This document shows positions 34,226 to 36,591 of a DNA stretch of 36,591 nucleotides, one piece after another. Below the pieces are notes generated by a model. The model was not told where the DNA came from. It did not search any database and saw only the letters and a program-made list of their open reading frames with translations. Numbering within the stretch: the first letter of the stretch is position 1; each line of letters begins with the position of its first letter. Both the position numbers and the translations under genes were made by a program. The stretch is from an uncultured Bacteroides sp. (GTDB lineage: Bacteria > Bacteroidota > Bacteroidia > Bacteroidales > Muribaculaceae): NCBI GenBank assembly GCA_964621135.1, contig CAZULD010000002.1:1-36591 (forward strand), read 5' to 3'.

Positions 34226-36591
34226 ATGTCACACGATAATAGTATATCCGGCTTAAACGACAGTCAGGTCGCCGAGAGCCGCAGCCTCCACGGATCGAAC
34301 GTTCTTACGCCGCCCGAGCGCGAATCATTGTGGACTCAGTTCTTCCGAAAATTTTCCGATCCGTTGATCATAATTCTTCTCGTTGCGGGAGTGTTGTCGA
34401 TCGGCATATCATGTTATGAATACTGGGGACTTGACGGAGGTTTCGGTGTGTTTTTTGAGCCGATAGGTATATTCATCGCCATAATCCTTGCTACCGGACT
34501 GGCCTTCTACTTCGAATTGCGGGCCGACCGTGAGTTTGCGATCCTTAATCAGGTAAATGACGACGAACCGGTGCAGGTGATAAGAAACGGCGGCGCACAA
34601 TCAGTAGCTAAACGCGACGTTGTGGTCGGAGACATCGTCATCCTCAATACGGGCGAAGAAATTCCGGCTGACGGACAGTTGCTCGAAGCTGTATCGCTCA
34701 ATGTCGACGAATCGACCCTCACCGGTGAGCCGCTGTGTCACAAGACGGTCGATCCGGAGCATTTCGACCGTGACGCAACCTTCCCGTCGGATGCAGCGAT
34801 GCGTGGGACGAAGGTGATGGAGGGACACGGTCTGATGCGCGTCACTGCCGTCGGTGACAGCACTGAGAACGGACGTGTGTTCGTGGCTTCTCAGATCGAT
34901 GATTCAGTCAAAACTCCTCTTAACGAACAGCTCGATCGTCTCGGACGGATGATCTCGCTGATAGCTTATATTTTTGCCGGAGCTGTAGTGGTCGGCCGCA
35001 TAGCGATGTACTTCATCTCCGGGCCGGCGTTTGAGCTACTTCCCTTCCTCGCCTACGTCCTCCAGACGCTTATGATCGCGGTGGCGCTTGTCGTAGTCTC
35101 GGTTCCCGAAGGGTTGCCGATGGCGATCACGCTTTCGCTGGCATATTCGATGCGGCGCATGCTTAAGACCAATAATCTTGTGCGCAAGATGCACGCCTGC
35201 GAGACCATGGGCGCAACGACGGTAATTTGCACGGACAAGACCGGTACTCTGACGCGAAATTTCATGCGTGTCGCATCTGCCGATTTCTTCGGCAATCCGT
35301 CCGACGAGGTCATCCGCGAAGGCATCGCCGTGAACTCTACGGCGCGTCTCGATATGTCGGGCGAATCGCCTCAGGTGCTCGGAAATCCGACCGAAGGCGC
35401 ATTGCTGATGTGGTTACGTGAGCGCGGCGCAGATTATGAAAGTCTGCGAGCTTCGGCTACAGTGATAGCTGAAGTGCCGTTCTCGACTGAGCGTAAATAT
35501 ATGGCAACCCTCGTCAAATCGGCCTCGGGCGATGAAATTTTATATGTCAAGGGCGCACCGGAGATAGTGTTCGGAATGTGCACTGACACGGCGGGTGTGA
35601 CCCGCGAGGAAATCGACGCTCAACTGCTGGAATATCAGAACCGAGCAATGCGCACGCTTGGCTTTGCCTATCGAAAGATCGAACCCGGAGAACCCTGTCC
35701 TATTGCCGACGGCGAACTTCGTCCTGACGGACTCGTGTTCCTCGGAATAGTGGCGATTTCAGATCCCGTGCGCGACGATGTCCCCGATGCTGTGGCTGAA
35801 GTTACTGACGCAGGTATTAAAGTGAAGATTGTAACGGGTGACACTCCCGGCACGGCCAAGGAAATCGGGCGCCAGATAGGTCTGTGGGACGACAGCCGCG
35901 ACTCGGACGCAAATATTATTACCGGGCCTGAGTTTGCAGCGCTTTCTGATGAAGAACTGCGCAGCAGGGTGGCCGACATAAAGATAATAGCGCGAGCGCG
36001 ACCTATGGACAAAAAACGCCTCGTTGAGACGCTACGCAACGCTGGCGACGTGGTAGCCGTAACAGGTGACGGAACTAATGACGCTCCCGCGCTGAAAGCC
36101 GCACATGTCGGTCTGTCGATGGGCGACGGTACATCAGTCGCAAAGGAGGCCTCTGACATAACTATCATCGACAACTCGTTCTCGTCGATCGGCCGAGCCG
36201 TGATGTGGGGTCGATCGCTATATCAGAATATCCGCCGCTTCATTCTCTTCCAGATGACGGTCAACGTCGTGGCGAGCCTGATCGTCCTTGTCGGAGCGTT
36301 CATGGGTCTGCAATCTCCGTTGACGGTTACGCAGATGTTATGGGTAAACCTTATCATGGATACATTTGCCGCCGTAGCGTTGGCTTCGCTGCCACCATCG
36401 GAGACGGTGATGCGTGACAAGCCGCGCCGTCGTACTGATTTCATCATCAGCCGCACGATGTGGCGCGACATAATCGGCACCGGGGGAATATTCTTCGTCT
36501 TACTGTTTGCGCTCCTTTATTATTTCGAACACACTGACCTTACTTCGCTGACTCAGATCGGTCGCTTGCCCATAGGTGACAATACCGGACT
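34226..36591 (+). CDS. Calcium-translocating P-type ATPase (PMCA-like), 3'-truncated by the window end; absent from the ORF track
   Basis: Hand translation: MSHDNSISGLNDSQVAESR--HGSNVLTPP; in-frame DESTLTGE, VPEGLP, CTDKTGTLT (~35228), KGAPE, DPVR, TGD, GDGTNDAPALK (~36065). Confidence 0.95.
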   Translation, partial: MSHDNSISGLNDSQVAESRSLHGSNVLTPPERESLWTQFFRKFSDPLIIILLVAGVLSIGISCYEYWGLDGGFGVFFEPIGIFIAIILATGLAFYFELRADREFAILNQVNDDEPVQVIRNGGAQSVAKRDVVVGDIVILNTGEEIPADGQLLEAVSLNVDESTLTGEPLCHKTVDPEHFDRDATFPSDAAMRGTKVMEGHGLMRVTAVGDSTENGRVFVASQIDDSVKTPLNEQLDRLGRMISLIAYIFAGAVVVGRIAMYFISGPAFELLPFLAYVLQTLMIAVALVVVSVPEGLPMAITLSLAYSMRRMLKTNNLVRKMHACETMGATTVICTDKTGTLTRNFMRVASADFFGNPSDEVIREGIAVNSTARLDMSGESPQVLGNPTEGALLMWLRERGADYESLRASATVIAEVPFSTERKYMATLVKSASGDEILYVKGAPEIVFGMCTDTAGVTREEIDAQLLEYQNRAMRTLGFAYRKIEPGEPCPIADGELRPDGLVFLGIVAISDPVRDDVPDAVAEVTDAGIKVKIVTGDTPGTAKEIGRQIGLWDDSRDSDANIITGPEFAALSDEELRSRVADIKIIARARPMDKKRLVETLRNAGDVVAVTGDGTNDAPALKAAHVGLSMGDGTSVAKEASDITIIDNSFSSIGRAVMWGRSLYQNIRRFILFQMTVNVVASLIVLVGAFMGLQSPLTVTQMLWVNLIMDTFAAVALASLPPSETVMRDKPRRRTDFIISRTMWRDIIGTGGIFFVLLFALLYYFEHTDLTSLTQIGRLPIGDNTG

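Noticed and set aside
34409-36480. Short ORFs listed in the track at the right end
   Set aside because: All lie within the open P-type ATPase frame starting at 34226

Overview
Bacteroidales chromosomal window. Muribaculaceae-like origin is inferred from gene content, lipoprotein signals and TAnnTTTG promoters, and is not proven. From left to right: three type V pilus (fimbrillin/Mfa-like) lipoprotein genes ending in a large tip-adhesin-like gene; a CE2-like SGNH esterase; an AT-rich higBA-type toxin-antitoxin pair bracketed by an exact 28-bp direct repeat; a minus-strand TonB-dependent receptor with two modular DUF5689 lipoproteins (candidate nucleic-acid capture locus), preceded by a perfect 25-bp tandem repeat and a mazG-like/deoC/CD225/DUF2752 run; rubrerythrin plus an unannotated 27-aa ORF; coaX, an outer-membrane protein, lptC, a hemolysin-family gene and an AraC regulator; a secreted endonuclease I homolog that appears to have lost its catalytic residues; TPR, beta-propeller, esterase, amino-acid antiporter, HAD and ribF genes; an orphan capD-like dehydratase; a nitroreductase; and a Ca2+ P-type ATPase cut by the window end and missing from the ORF track. 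No rRNA, tRNA, CRISPR array, integrase, transposase or reverse transcriptase was seen. All family assignments come from motif recognition by eye, not from database searches.
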